A program made the position numbers and the translations under genes. From the human T2T-CHM13v2.0 reference genome, Homo sapiens, in the NCBI RefSeq assembly GCF_009914755.1, contig NC_060947.1: DNA of 64,000 nt. One strand, 5' to 3'. Positions 1-13,100 of this stretch are shown here, piece after piece. Below the pieces are notes generated by a model. It was not told the origin of the DNA and made no database searches. It worked only from the letters and a program-made list of their open reading frames with translations. Each line of letters opens with the position of its first letter. Position 1 is the first letter of the stretch.

Positions 1-316
1 AGTGGTCCAAATCTCCACTTGCAGATTCTACAAAAAGAGTGTTTGCAAACTGCTCTATCAAAAGGAATGTTCAACTCTGGGAGTTGAATGCAATCATCAC
101 AGAGCAGTTTCTGAGAATGCTTCTATGACGTTTTTAGGAGAAGATATTTCCTTTTCCAACACAGTCCTCCAAGCCCGCTAAATATCCACTTGCACATTGT
201 AGAAAAAGTGTGTCGAAGCTGCGCTATCAAAGGGAAAGTTCAACTCTGTGAGGTGAATGCAAACATCCCAAAGAAGTTTCTGAGAATGCTTCCGTTTAGC
301 TTTTAGGTGAAGATTA

Positions 317-333
317 TCCCGTTTCCAACGAAA
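317..333 (-). promoter_or_regulatory. CENP-B box (representative; recurs every HOR)
   Basis: TCCCGTTTCCAACGAAA is the reverse complement of TTTCGTTGGAAACGGGA, the canonical 17-mer. Confidence 0.93.
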
Positions 334-486
334 TCTTCAAAAAGGTCCAAATATCCCCTTGCGGATCCCACAGAAAGAGTGTTTCGAAACTGCTGTTACA
401 AAAGGAATCTTCAACTCTGTGAGTTGAATGCAATCATCACAAAGAAGTTTCTGACAATGCTTCTCTCTCGTCTTTCTGTGAAGATA

Positions 487-529
487 AAGGAAAAGGCTTT
501 CAGGCCTTTTCCACCACAGGCCTGAAAGC
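487..529. other. HOR-specific insertion with overlapping inverted repeats (present in every HOR copy up to ~37.5 kb)
   Basis: GGAAAAGGC(489-497)/GCCTTTTCC(504-512) and GCTTTCAGGCCT(496-507)/AGGCCTGAAAGC(518-529). Confidence 0.9.
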
Positions 530-1862
530 GCTCCAAATGTCCACTTGCAGATTCTGCCAAAAGAATATTTCAAAACTGCTCTATGAAAAGCAATGTTAAA
601 CTCTGCGGCTCGAACACCAACATCACAAAGCAGTTTCTGAGAATGCTTCAGTTTAGTTTTTCTGTGGAAATATTCCCGTTTCCAAAGAAATCTTCCAAGA
701 GGTCCACGTATCCACTTACAGATTCTACAAAAAGACAGTTTCAAAACGGCTCAATCAAAAGGCGGGTTCAACTGTGCGACTTGAATGCAATCATCACTCA
801 GAAGTTTCTGAGAATGCTTCTCTTTAGTTTTTACGTGAACATATATCCGTTTCGAACGAAGGCCACCCAGTGGTCCAAATATCCACTTGCAGATTCTACA
901 GAAAGAGTGTTTCGAACCTGAACTCTCAAAGGCAGGTTCATCTCTGCGAGTTAAATGCATTCATCATGAAGAACTTTCTCAGAGTGTTTGTGTTTAGTTA
1001 TGGGAAATTATTCCCGTTTCCAATGAAATCCTCCGAGAGGTCCAAATATCCACCTGCAGATTCTACCAAAAGTGTATTTGGAAACTGCTCCATCAAAAGG
1101 CATGTTCAGCTCTGTGAGTGAAACTCCATCATCACAAAGAATATTCTGAGAATGCTTCCGTTTGCCTTTTATATGAAGTTCCTTCCTATACTACCGTAGG
1201 CCCCAAAGCAGTCCAAATCTCCATTTGCAGATTCTACAAAAAGAGTGATTCCAATCTGCTCTATCAATAGGATTGTTCAACTCCATGAGTTGAATGCCAT
1301 CCTCACAAAGTCGTTTCTGAGAATGCTTCTATCTAGTTTTTATGTGAAGATATTTCCTTTTCCACCACAGGCCTCAAAGCCCTCCAAACGTCCGCTTGCA
1401 GATTCTCGAAAAAGAGTGTTTCATAGCTGCTCTTTCAAAAGGAAAGTTCAACTCTGGGAGTTGAATACAAACATCACAAAGTAGTTTCCGAGAATGCTTC
1501 TGTTTAGTTCTTATGTGAAGATGATCCCGTTTCCAGTGAAATCTTCAATGAGGTCCACATATCCCCTTGCAGATTCCAAAGAAAGAGGGTTTCAACACTG
1601 CTCCATCAAAAGGATTGTTCAACTCTGTGAGTTGAATGCAGTCATCGCAGAAAACTTTCTGAGAATGCTTCTGTCTAGGTTTGATGTGAAGATATAGACG
1701 TTTCAAACGAAGGCTACAAAGTGGTCAAAATATACACTTGCAGATTCTACTACAAGGGTGTTGCAAACCTGAACTCTCAAAGGAAGGTTCAACTCTGTGA
1801 GTTGAATACAAACATCACAAAGAATGTTCTGAGTTTGCTTCCGTTCAGTTATGGGAAGTTGA

Positions 1863-1879
1863 TCCCGTTTCCAACGAAA
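1863..1879 (-). promoter_or_regulatory. CENP-B box (representative of a second HOR position)
   Basis: TCCCGTTTCCAACGAAA, canonical. Confidence 0.93.
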
Positions 1880-2901
1880 TCCTCAGAGAGGTCCAAATAT
1901 CCCCTTGCAGATTCTGCAAAACGTGTGTTTGGAAACTGCTCCATCATAACGAATGTTCAGCTCTCTGAGTTAAACTCCATCGTCACAAAGAATTTTCTGA
2001 GAGTGCTACCGTCTAGATTTTATATGAAGTTCTTTCCTTTACTACCACAGGCCTCAAAGCGGTCCAAATCTCCACTTGCAGATTCTACAAAAAGAGTGTC
2101 TGCAAACTGCTCTATCAAAAGGAATGTTCAACTCTGGGAGTTGAATGCAATCATCACAGAGCAGTTTCTGAGAATGCTTCTATGTCGTTTTTAGGAGAAG
2201 ATATTTCCTTTTCCAACACAGTCCTCCAAGCCCGCTAAATAGCCACTTGCACATTGTAGAAAAAGTGTGTCGAAGCTGCGCTATCAAAGGGAAAGTTCAA
2301 CTCTGTGAGGTGAATGCAAACATCCCAAAGAAGTTTCTGAGAATGCTTCCGTTTAGCTTTTAGGTGAAGATTATCCCGTTTCCAACGAAATCTTCAAAGA
2401 GGTCCAAATATCCCCTTGCGGATCCCACAGAAAGAGTGTTTCGAAACTGCTGTTTCAAAAGGAATCTTCAACTCTGTGAGTTGAATGCAATCATCACAAA
2501 GAAGTTTCTGACAATGCTTCTCCCTCGTCTTTCTGTGAAGATAAAGGAAAAGGCTTTCAGGCCTTTTCCACCACAGGCCTGAAAGCGCTCCAAATGTCCA
2601 CTTGCAGATTCTGCCAAAAGAATATTTCAAAACTGCTCTATGAAAAGCAATGTTAAACTCTGCGGCTCGAACACAAACATCACAAAGCAGTTTCTGAGAA
2701 TGCTTCAGTTTAGTTTTTCTGTGGAAATATTCCCGTTTCCAAAGAAATCTTCAAAGAGGTCCACGTATCCACTTACAGATTTTACAAAAAGACAGTTTCA
2801 AAACTGCTCAATCAAAAGGAGGGTTCAACTGTGTGACTTGAATGCAATCATCACTCAGAAGTTTCTGAGAATGCTTCTCTTTAGTTTTTACGTGAACATA
2901 T

Positions 2902-2918
2902 ACCCGTTTCGAACGAAG
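2902..2918 (-). promoter_or_regulatory. CENP-B box variant (third HOR position)
   Basis: ACCCGTTTCGAACGAAG keeps all nine core bases (CCCG..T....CGAA on +). Confidence 0.8.
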
Positions 2919-5900
2919 GCCAGCCAGTGGTCCAAATATCCACTTGCAGATTCTACAGAAAGAGTGTTTCGAACCTGAACTCTGAAAGGCAGGTTCATCT
3001 CTGCGAGTTAAATGCATTCATCATGAAGAACTTTCTCAGAGTGTTTGTGTTTAGTTATGGGAAATTATTCCCGTTTCCAACGATCTCCTCAGAGAGGTCC
3101 AAATATCCACCTGCAGATTCTACCAAAAGTGTATTTGGAAACTGCTCCATCAAAAGGCATGTTCAGCTCTGTGAGTGAAACTCCATCATCACAAAGAATA
3201 TTCTGAGAATGCTTCCGTTTGCCTTTTATATGAAGTTCCTTCCTATACTACCATAGGCCACAAAGCAGTCCAAATCTCCATTTGCAGATTCTACAAAAAG
3301 ACTGATTCCAATCTGCTCTATCAATAGGATTGTTCAACTCCATGAGTTGAATGCCATCCTCACAAAGTCGTTTCTGAGAATGCTTCTATCTAGTTTTAAT
3401 GTGAAGATATTTCCTTTTCCACCACAGGCCTCAAAGCCCTCCAAACGTCCGCTTGCAGATTCTCAAAAAAGAGTGTTTCATAGCTGCTCTTTCAAAAGGA
3501 AAGTTCAACTCTGGGAGTTGAATACAAACATCACAAAGTAGTTTCCGAGAATGCTTCTGTTTAGTTCTTATGTGAAGATGATCCCGTTTCCAGTGAAATC
3601 TTCAAAGAGGTCCACATATCCCCTTGCAGATTCCAAAGAAAGAGGGTTTCAAAACTGCTCCATCAAAAGGATTGTTCAACTCTGTGAGTTGAATGCAGTC
3701 ATCGCAGAAAACTTTCTGAGAATGCTTCTGTCTAGGTTTGATGTGAAGATATAGACGTTTCAAACGAAGGCTACAAAGTGGTCAAAATATACACTTGCAG
3801 ATTCTACTACAAGGGTGTTGCAAACCTGGACTATCAAAGGAAGGTTCAACTCTGTGAGTTGAATACAAACATCACAAAGAATGTTCTGAGTTTGCTTCCG
3901 TTCAGTTATGGGAAGTTGATCCCTTTCCCAAAGAAATCCTTAGAGAGGTCCAAATATCCCCTTGCAGAATCTACAAAACGTGTGATTGGAAACTGCTCCA
4001 TCATAACGAATGTTCAGCTCTCTGAGTTAAACTCCATCGTCACAAAGAATTTTCTGAGAGTGCTACCGTCTAGTTTTAATATGAAGTTCGTTCCTTTACT
4101 ACCACAGGCCTCAAAGTGGTCCAAATCTCCACTTGCAGATTCTACAAAAAGAGTGTTTGCAAACTGCTCTATCAAAAGGAATGTTCAACTCTGGGAGTTG
4201 AATGCAATCATCACAGAGCAGTTTCTGAGAATGCTTCTATGACGTTTTTAGGAGAAGATATTTCCTTTTCCAACACAGTCCTCCAAGCCCGCTAAATATC
4301 CACTTGCACATTGTAGAAAAAGTGTGTCGAAGCTGCGCTATCAAAGGGAAAGTTCAACTCTGTGAGGTGAATGCAAACATCCCAAAGAAGTTTCTGAGAA
4401 TGCTTCCGTTTAGCTTTTAGGTGAAGATTATCCCGTTTCCAACGAAATCTTCAAAGAGGTCCAAATATCCCCTTGCGGATCCCACAGAAAGAGTGTTTCG
4501 AAACTGCTGTTACAAAAGGAATCTTCAACTCTGTGAGTTGAATGCAATCATCACAAAGAAGTTTCTGACAATGCTTCTCTCTCGTCTTTCTGTGAAGATA
4601 AAGGAAAAGGCTTTCAGGCCTTTTCCACCACAGGCCTGAAAGCGCTCCAAATGTCCACTTGCAGATTCTGCCAAAAGAATATTTCAAAACTGCTCTATGA
4701 AAAGCAATGTTAAACTCTGCGGCTCGAACACCAACATCACAAAGCAGTTTCTGAGAATGCTTCAGTTTAGTTTTTCTGTGGAAATATTCCCGTTTCCAAA
4801 GAAATCTTCCAAGAGGTCCACGTATCCACTTACAGATTCTACAAAAAGACAGTTTCAAAACTGCTCAATCAAAAGGCGGGTTCAACTGTGCGACTTGAAT
4901 GCAATCATCACTCAGAAGTTTCTGAGAATGCTTCTCTTTAGTTTTTACGTGAACATATACCCGTTTCGAACGAAGGCCACCCAGTGGTCCAAATATCCAC
5001 TTGCAGATTCTACAGAAAGAGTGTTTCGAACCTGAACTCTCAAAGGCAGGTTCATCTCTGCGAGTTAAATGCATTCATCATGAAGAACTTTCTCAGAGTG
5101 TTTGTGTTTAGTTATGGGAAATTATTCCCGTTTCCAATGAAATCCTCCGAGAGGTCCAAATATCCACCTGCAGATTCTACCAAAAGTGTATTTGGAAACT
5201 GCTCCATCAAAAGGCATGTTCAGCTCTGTGAGTGAAACTCCATCATCACAAAGAATATTCTGAGAATGCTTCCGTTTGCCTTTTATATGAAGTTCCTTCC
5301 TATACTACCGTAGGCCCCAAAGCAGTCCAAATCTCCATTTGCAGATTCTACAAAAAGAGTGATTCCAATCTGCTCTATCAATAGGATTGTTCAACTCCAT
5401 GAGTTGAATGCCATTCTCACAAAGTCGTTTCTGAGAATGCTTCTATCTAGTTTTTATGTGAAGATATTTCCTTTTCCACCACAGGCCTCAAAGCCCTCCA
5501 AACGTCCGCTTGCAGATTCTCGAAAAAGAGTGTTTCATAGCTGCTCTTTCAAAAGGAAAGTTCAACTCTGGGAGTTGAATACAAACATCACAAAGTAGTT
5601 TCCGAGAATGCTTCTGTTTAGTTCTTATGTGAAGATGATCCCGTTTCCAGTGAAATCTTCAATGAGGTCCACATATCCCCTTGCAGATTCCAAAGAAAGA
5701 GGGTTTCAACACTGCTCCATCAAAAGGATTGTTCAACTCTGTGAGTTGAATGCAGTCATCGCAGAAAACTTTCTGAGAATGCTTCTGTCTAGGTTTGATG
5801 TGAAGATATAGACGTTTCAAACGAAGGCTACAAAGTGGTCAAAATATACACTTGCAGATTCTACTACAAGGGTGTTGCAAACCTGAACTCTCAAAGGAAG

Positions 5901-7182
5901 GTTCAACTCTGTGAGTTGAATACAAACATCACAAAGAATGTTCTGAGTTTGCTTCCGTTCAGTTATGGGAAGTTGATCCCGTTTCCAACGAAATCCTCAG
6001 AGAGGTCCAAATATCCCCTTGCAGATTCTGCAAAACGTGTGTTTGGAAACTGCTCCATCATAACGAATGTTCAGCTCTCTGAGTTAAACTCCATCGTCAC
6101 AAAGAATTGTCTGAAAGTGCTACCGTCTAGTTTTTATATGAAGTTCTTTCCTTTACTACCACAGGCCTCAAAGCGGTCCAAATCTCCACTTGCAGATTCT
6201 ACAAAAAGAGTGTTTGCAAACTGCTCTATCAAAAGGAATGTTCAACTCTGGGAGTTGAATGCAATCATCACAGAGCAGTTTCTGAGAATGCTTCTATGTC
6301 GTTTTTAGGAGAAGATATTTCCTTTTCCAACACAGTCCTCCAAGCCCGCCAAATATCCACTTGCACATTGTAGAAAAAGTGTGTCGAAGCTGCGCTATCA
6401 AAGGGAAAGTTCAACTCTGTGAGGTGAATGCAAACATCCCAAAGAAGTTTCTGAGAATGCTTCCGTTTAGCTTTTAGGTGAAGATTATCCCGTTTCCAAC
6501 GAAATCTTCAAAGAGGTCCAAATATCCCCTTGCGGATCCCACAGAAAGAGTGTTTCGAAACTGCTGTTTCAAAAGGAATCTACAACTCTGTGGGTTGAAT
6601 GCAATCATCACAAAGCAGTTTCTGACAATGCTTCTCTCTCGTCTTTCTGTGAAGATAAAGGAAAAGGCTTTCAGGCCTTTTCCACCACAGGCCTGAAAAC
6701 GCTCTAAATGTCCACTTGCAGATTCTGCCAAAAGAATATTTCAAAACTGCTCTATGAAAAGCAATGTTAAACTCTGCGGCTCGAACACCAACATCACAAA
6801 GCAGTTTCTGAGAATGCTTCAGTTTAGTTTTTCTGTGGAAATATTCCCGTTTCCAAAGACATCTTCCAAGAGGTCCACGTATCCACTTACAGATTCTACA
6901 AAAAGACAGTTTCAAAACTGCTCAATCAAAAGGCGGGTTCAACTGTGTGACTTGAATGCAATCATCACTCAGAAGTTTCTGAGAATGCTTCTCTTTAGTT
7001 TTTACGTGAACATATACCCGTTTCGAACGAAGGCCAGCCAGTGGTCCAAATATCCACTTGCAGATTCTACAGAAAGAGTGTTTCGAACCTGAACTCTCAA
7101 AGGCAGGTTCATCTCTGCGAGTTAAATGCATTCATCATGAAGAACTTTCTCAGAGTGTTTGTGTTTAGTTATGGGAAATTAT

Positions 7183-7199
7183 TCCCGTTTCCAACGAAA
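7183..7199 (-). promoter_or_regulatory. CENP-B box (fourth HOR position)
   Basis: TCCCGTTTCCAACGAAA. It is mutated to ...CCAATGAAA in the copies near 1012 and 5126. Confidence 0.9.
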
Positions 7200-10100
7200 T
7201 CTTCCGAGAGGTCCAAATATCCACCTGCAGATTCTACCAAAAGTGTATTTGGAAACTGCTCCATCAAAAGGCACGTTCAGCTCTGTGAGTGAAACTCCAT
7301 CATCACAAAGAATATTCTGAGAATGCTTCCGTTTGCCTTTTATATGACGTTCCTTCCTATACTACCGTAGGCCCCAAAGCAGTCCAAATCTCCATTTGCA
7401 GATTCTACAAAAAGAGTGACTCCAATCTGCTCTATCAATGGGATTGTTCAACTCCATGAGTTGAATGCCATCCTCACAAAGTCGTTTCTGAGAATGCTTC
7501 TATCTAGTTTTTATGTGAAGATATTTCCTTTTCCACCACAGGCCTCAAAGCCCTCCAAACGTCCGCTTGCAGATTCTCGAAAAAGAGTGTTTCATAGCTG
7601 CTCTTTCAAAAGGAAAGTTCAACTCTGGGAGTTGAATACAAACATCACAAAGTAGTTTCCGAGAATGCTTCTGTTTAGTTCTTATGTGAAGATGATCCCG
7701 TTTCCAGTGAAATCTTCAAAGAGGTCCACATATCCCCTTGCAGATTCCAAAGAAAGAGGGTTTCAAAACTGCTCCATCAAAAGGATTGTTCAACTCTGTG
7801 AGTTGAATGCAGTCATCGCAGAAAACTTTCTGAGAATGCTTCTGTCTAGGTTTGATGTGAAGATATAGACGTTTCAAACGAAGGCTACAAAGTGGTCAAA
7901 ATATACTCTTGCAGATTCTACTACAAGGGTGTTGCAAACCTGAACTCTCAAAGGAAGGTTCAACTCTGTGAGTTGAATACAAACATACATCACAAAGAAT
8001 GTTCTGAGTTTGCTTCCGTTCAGTTATGGGAAGTTGATCCCTTTTCCAACGAAATCCTCAGAGAGGTCCAAATATCCCCTTGCAGATTCTGCAAAACGTG
8101 TGTTTGGAAACTGCTCCATCATAACGAATGTTCAGCTCTCTGAGTTAAACTCCATCGTCACAAAGAATTGTCTGAGAGTGCTACCGTCTAGTTTTTATAT
8201 GAAGTTCTTTCCTTTACTACCACAGGCCTCAAAGCGGTCCAAATCTCCACTTGCAGATTCTACAAAAAGAGTGTTTGCAAACTGCTCTATCAAAAGGAAT
8301 GTTCAACTCTGGGAGTTGAATGCAATCATCACAGAGCAGTTTCTGAGAATGCTTCTATGTCGTTTTTAGGAGAAGATATTTCCTTTTCCAACACAGTCCT
8401 CCAAGCCCGCTAAATATCCACTTGCACATTGTAGAAAAAGTGTGTCAAAGCTGCGCTATCAAAGAGAAAGTTCAACTCTGTGAGGTGAATGCAAACATCC
8501 CAAAGAAGTTTCTGAGAATGCTTCCGTTTAGCTTTTAGGTGAAGATTATCCCGTTTCCAACGAAATCTTCAAAGAGGTCCAAATATCCCCTTGCGGATCC
8601 CACAGAAAGAGTGTTTCGAAACTGCTGTTTCAAAAGGAATCTTCAACTCTGTGAGTTGAATGCAATCATCACAAAGAAGTTTCTGACAATGCTTCTCTCT
8701 CGTCTTTCTGTGAAGATAAAGGAAAAGGCTTTCAGGCCTTTTCCACCACAGGCCTGAAAACGCTCTAAATGTCCACTTGCAGATTCTGCCAAAAGAATAT
8801 TTCAAAAGTGCTCTATGAAAAGCAATGTTAAACTCTGCGGCTCGAACACCAACATCACAAAGCAGTTTCTGAGAATGCTTCAGTTTAGTTTTTCTGTGGA
8901 AATATTCCCGTTTCCAAAGAAATCTTCCAAGAGGTCCACGTATCCACTTACAGATTCTACAAAAAGACAGTTTCAAAACTGCTCAATCAAAAGGCGGGTT
9001 CAACTGTGTGACTTGAATGCAATCATCACTCAGAAGTTTCTGAGAATGCTTCTCTTTAGTTTTTACGTGAACATATACCCGTTTCGAACGAAGGCCAGCC
9101 AGTGGTCCAAATATCCACTTGCAGATTCTACAGAAAGAGTGTTTCGAACCTGAACTCTCAAAGGCAAGTTCATCTCTGCGAGTTAAATGCATTCATCATG
9201 AAGAACTTTCTCAGAGTGTTTGTGTTTAGTTATGGGAAATTATTCCCGTTTCCAACGAAATCCTCAGAGAGGTCCAAATATCCACCTGCAGATTCTACCA
9301 AAAGTGTATTTGGAAACTGCTCCATCAAAAGGCATGTTCAGCTCTGTGAGTGAAACTCCATCATCACAAAGAATATTCTGAGAATGCTTCCGTTTGCCTT
9401 TTATATGAAGTTCCTTCCTATACTACCGTAGGCCCCAAAGCAGTCCAAATCTCCATTTGCAGATTCTACAAAAAGAGTGATTCCAATCTGCTCTCTCAAT
9501 GGGATTGTTCAACTCCATGAGTTGAATGCCATCCTCACAAAGTCGTTTCTGAGAATGCTTCTATCTAGTTTTTATGTGAAGATATTTCCTTTTCCACCAC
9601 AGGCCTCAAAGCCCTCCAAACGTTCGCTTGCAGATTTTCGAAATAGTGTGTTTCATAGCTGCTCTTTCAAAAGGAAAGTTCAACTCTGGGAGTTGAATAC
9701 AAACATCACAAAGTAGTTTCCGAGAATGCTTCTGTTTAGTTCTTATGAGAAGATGATCCCGTTTCCAGTGAAATCTTCAAAGAGGTCCACATATCCCCTT
9801 GCAGATTCCAAAGAAAGAGGGTTTCAAAACTGCTCCATCAAAAGGATTGTTCAACTCTGTGAGTTGAATGCAGTCATCGCAGAAAACTTTCTGAGAACGC
9901 TTCTGTCTAGGTTTGATGTGAAGATATAGACGTTTCAAACGAAGGCTACAAAGTGGTCAAAATATACACTTGCAGATTCTACTACAAGGGTGTTGCCAAC
10001 CTGAACTATCAAAGGAAGGTTCAACTCTGTGAGTTGAATACAAACATCACAAAGAATGTTCTGAGTTTGCTTCCGTTCAGTTATGGGAAGTTGATCCCGT

Positions 10101-13100
10101 TTGCAACGAAATCCTCAGAGAGGTCCAAATATCCCCTTGCAGATTCTGCAAAACGTGTGTTTGGAAACTGCTCCATCATAACGAATGTTCAGCTCTCTGA
10201 GTTAAACTCCATCGTCACAAAGAATTTTCTGAGAGTGCTACCGTCTAGTTTTTATATGAAGTTCTTTCCTTTACTACCACAGGCCTCAAAGCGGTCCAAA
10301 TCTCCACTTGCAGATTCTACAAAAAGAGTGTTTGCAAACTGCTCTATCAAAAGGAATGTTCAACTATGGGAGTTGAATGCAATCATCACAGAGCAGTTCC
10401 TGAGAATGCTTCTATGTTGTTTTTAGGAGAAGATATTTCCTTTTCCAACACAGTCCTCCAAGCCCGCTAAATATCCACTTGCACATTGTAGAAAAAGTGG
10501 GTCGAAGCTGCGCTATCAAAGGGAAAGTTCAACTCTGTGAGGTGAATGCAAACATCCCAAAGAAGTTTCTGAGAATGCTTCCGTTTAGCTTTTAGGTGAA
10601 GATTATCCCGTTTCCAACGAAATCTTCAAAGAGGTCCAAATATCCCCTTGCGGATCCCACAGAAAGAGTGTTTCGAAACTGCTGTTTCAAAAGGAATCTT
10701 CAACTCTGTGAGTTGAATGCAATCATCACAAAGAAGTTTCTGACAATTCTTCTCTCTCGTCTTTCTGTGAAGATAAAGGAAAAGGCTTTCAGGCCTTTTC
10801 CACCACAGGCCTGAAAGCGCTCCAAATGTCCACTTGCAGATTCTGCCAAAAGAATATTTCAAAACTGCTCTATGAAAAGCAATGTTAAACTCTGCGGCTC
10901 GAACACCAACATCACAACGCAGTTTCTGAGAATGCTTCAGTTTAGTTTTTCTGTGGAAATATTCCCCTTTCCAAAGAAATCTTCAAAGAGGTCCACGTAT
11001 CCACTTACAGATTCTACAAAAAGACAGTTTCAAAACTGCTCAAACAAAAGGCGGGTTCAACTGTGTGACTTGAATGCAATCATCACTCAGAAGTTTCTGA
11101 GAATGCTTCTCTTTAGTTTTTACGTGAACATATACCCGTTTCGAACGAAGGCCACCCAGTGGTCCAAATATCCACTTGCAGATTCTACAGAAAGAGTGTT
11201 TCGAACCTTAACTCTCAAAGGCAGGTTCATCTCTGCGAGTTAAATGCATTCATCATGAAGAACTTTCTCAGAGTGTTTGTGTTTAGTTATGGGAAATTAT
11301 TCCCGTTTCCAACGAAATCCTCCGAGAGGTCCAAATATCCACCTGCAGATTCTACCAAAAGTGTATTTGGAAACTGCTCCATCAAAAGGCATGTTCAGCT
11401 CTGTGAGTGAAACTCCATCATCACAAAGAATATTCTGAGAATGCTTCCGTTTGCCTTTTATATGAAGTTCCTTCCTATACTACCGTAGGCCTCAAAGCAG
11501 TCCAAATCTCCATTTGCAGATTCTACAAAAAGAGTGATTCCAATCTGCTCTATCAATAGGATTGTTCAACTCCATGAGTTGAATGCCTTCCTCACAAAGT
11601 CGTTTCTGAGAATGCTTCTATCTAGTTTTTATGTGAAGATATTTCCTTTTCCACCACAGGACTCAAAGCCCTCCAAACATCCACTTGCAGATTCTCGAAA
11701 AAGAGTGTTTCATAGCTGCTCTTTCAAAAGGAAAGTTCAACTCTGGGAGTTGAATACAAACATCACAAAGTAGTTTCCGAGAATGCTTCTGTTTAGTTCT
11801 TATGTGAAGATGATCCCGTTTCCAGTGAAATCTTCAAAGAGGTCCACATATCCCCTTGCAGATTCCAAAGAAAGAGGGTTTCAAAACTGCTCCATCAAAA
11901 GGATTGTTCAACTCTGTGAGTTGAATGCAGTCATCGCAGAAAACTTTCTGAGAATGCTTCTGTCTAGGTTTAATGTGAAGATATAGACGTTTCAAACGAA
12001 GGCTACAAAGTGGTCAAAATATACACTTGCAGATTCTACTACAAGGGTGTTGCAAACCTGAACTATCAAAGGAAGGTTCAACTCTGTGAGTTGAATACAA
12101 ACATCACAAAGAATGTTCTGAGTTTGCTTCCGTTCAGTTATGGGAAGTTGATCCCGTTTGCAACGAAATCCTCAGAGAGGTCCAAATATCCCCTTGCAGA
12201 TTCTGCAAAACGTGTGTTTGGAAACTGCTCCATCATAACGAATGTTCAGCTCTCTGAGTTAAACTCCATCGTCACAAAGAATTTTCTGAGAGTGCTACCG
12301 TCTAGTTTTTATATGAAGTTCTTTCCTTTACTACCACAGGCCTCAAAGCGGTCCAAATCTCCACTTGCAGATTCTACAAAAAGAGTGTTTGCAAACTGCT
12401 CTATCAAAAGGAATGTTCAACTCTGGGAGTTGAATGCAATCATCACAGAGCAGTTCTTGAGAATGCTTCTATGTCGTTTTTAGGAGAAGATATTTCCTTT
12501 TCCACCACAGTCCTCCAAGCCCACTAAATATCCACTTGCAAATTGCAGAAAAAGTGTGTCGAAGCTGCGCTATCAAAGGGAAAGTTCAACTCTGTGAGGT
12601 GAATGCAAACATCCCAAAGAAGTTTCTGAGAATGCTTCCGTTTAGCTTTTAGGTGAAGATTATCCCGTTTCCAACGAAATCTTCAAAGAGGTCCAAATAT
12701 CCCCTTGCGGATCCCACAGAAAGAGTGTTTCGAAACTGCTGTTTCAAAAGGAATCTACAACTCTGTGAGTTGACTGCAATCATCACAAAGAAGTTTCTGA
12801 CAATGCTTCTCTCTCGTCTTTCTGTGAAGATAAAGGAAAAGGCTTTCAGGCCTTTTCCACCACAGGCCTGAAAGCGCTCCAAATGTCCACTTGCAGATTC
12901 TGCCAAAAGAATATTTCAAAACTGCTCTATGAAAAGCAATGTTAAACTCTGCGGCTCGAACACCAACATCACAACGCAGTTTCTGAGAATGCTTCAGTTT
13001 AGTTTTTCTGTGGAAATATTCCCATTTCCAAAGAAATCTTCAAAGAGGTCCACGTATCCACTTCCAGATTCTACAAAAAGACAGTTTCAAAGCTGCTCAA

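Noticed and set aside
381-1147. Short palindromes GTTTCGAAAC (381-390), AGAATATTCT (1138-1147) and GGGAA-atta-TTCCC next to CENP-B boxes
   Set aside because: Stems of 5 bp or less are expected by chance and too weak to claim structure without a statistical test.
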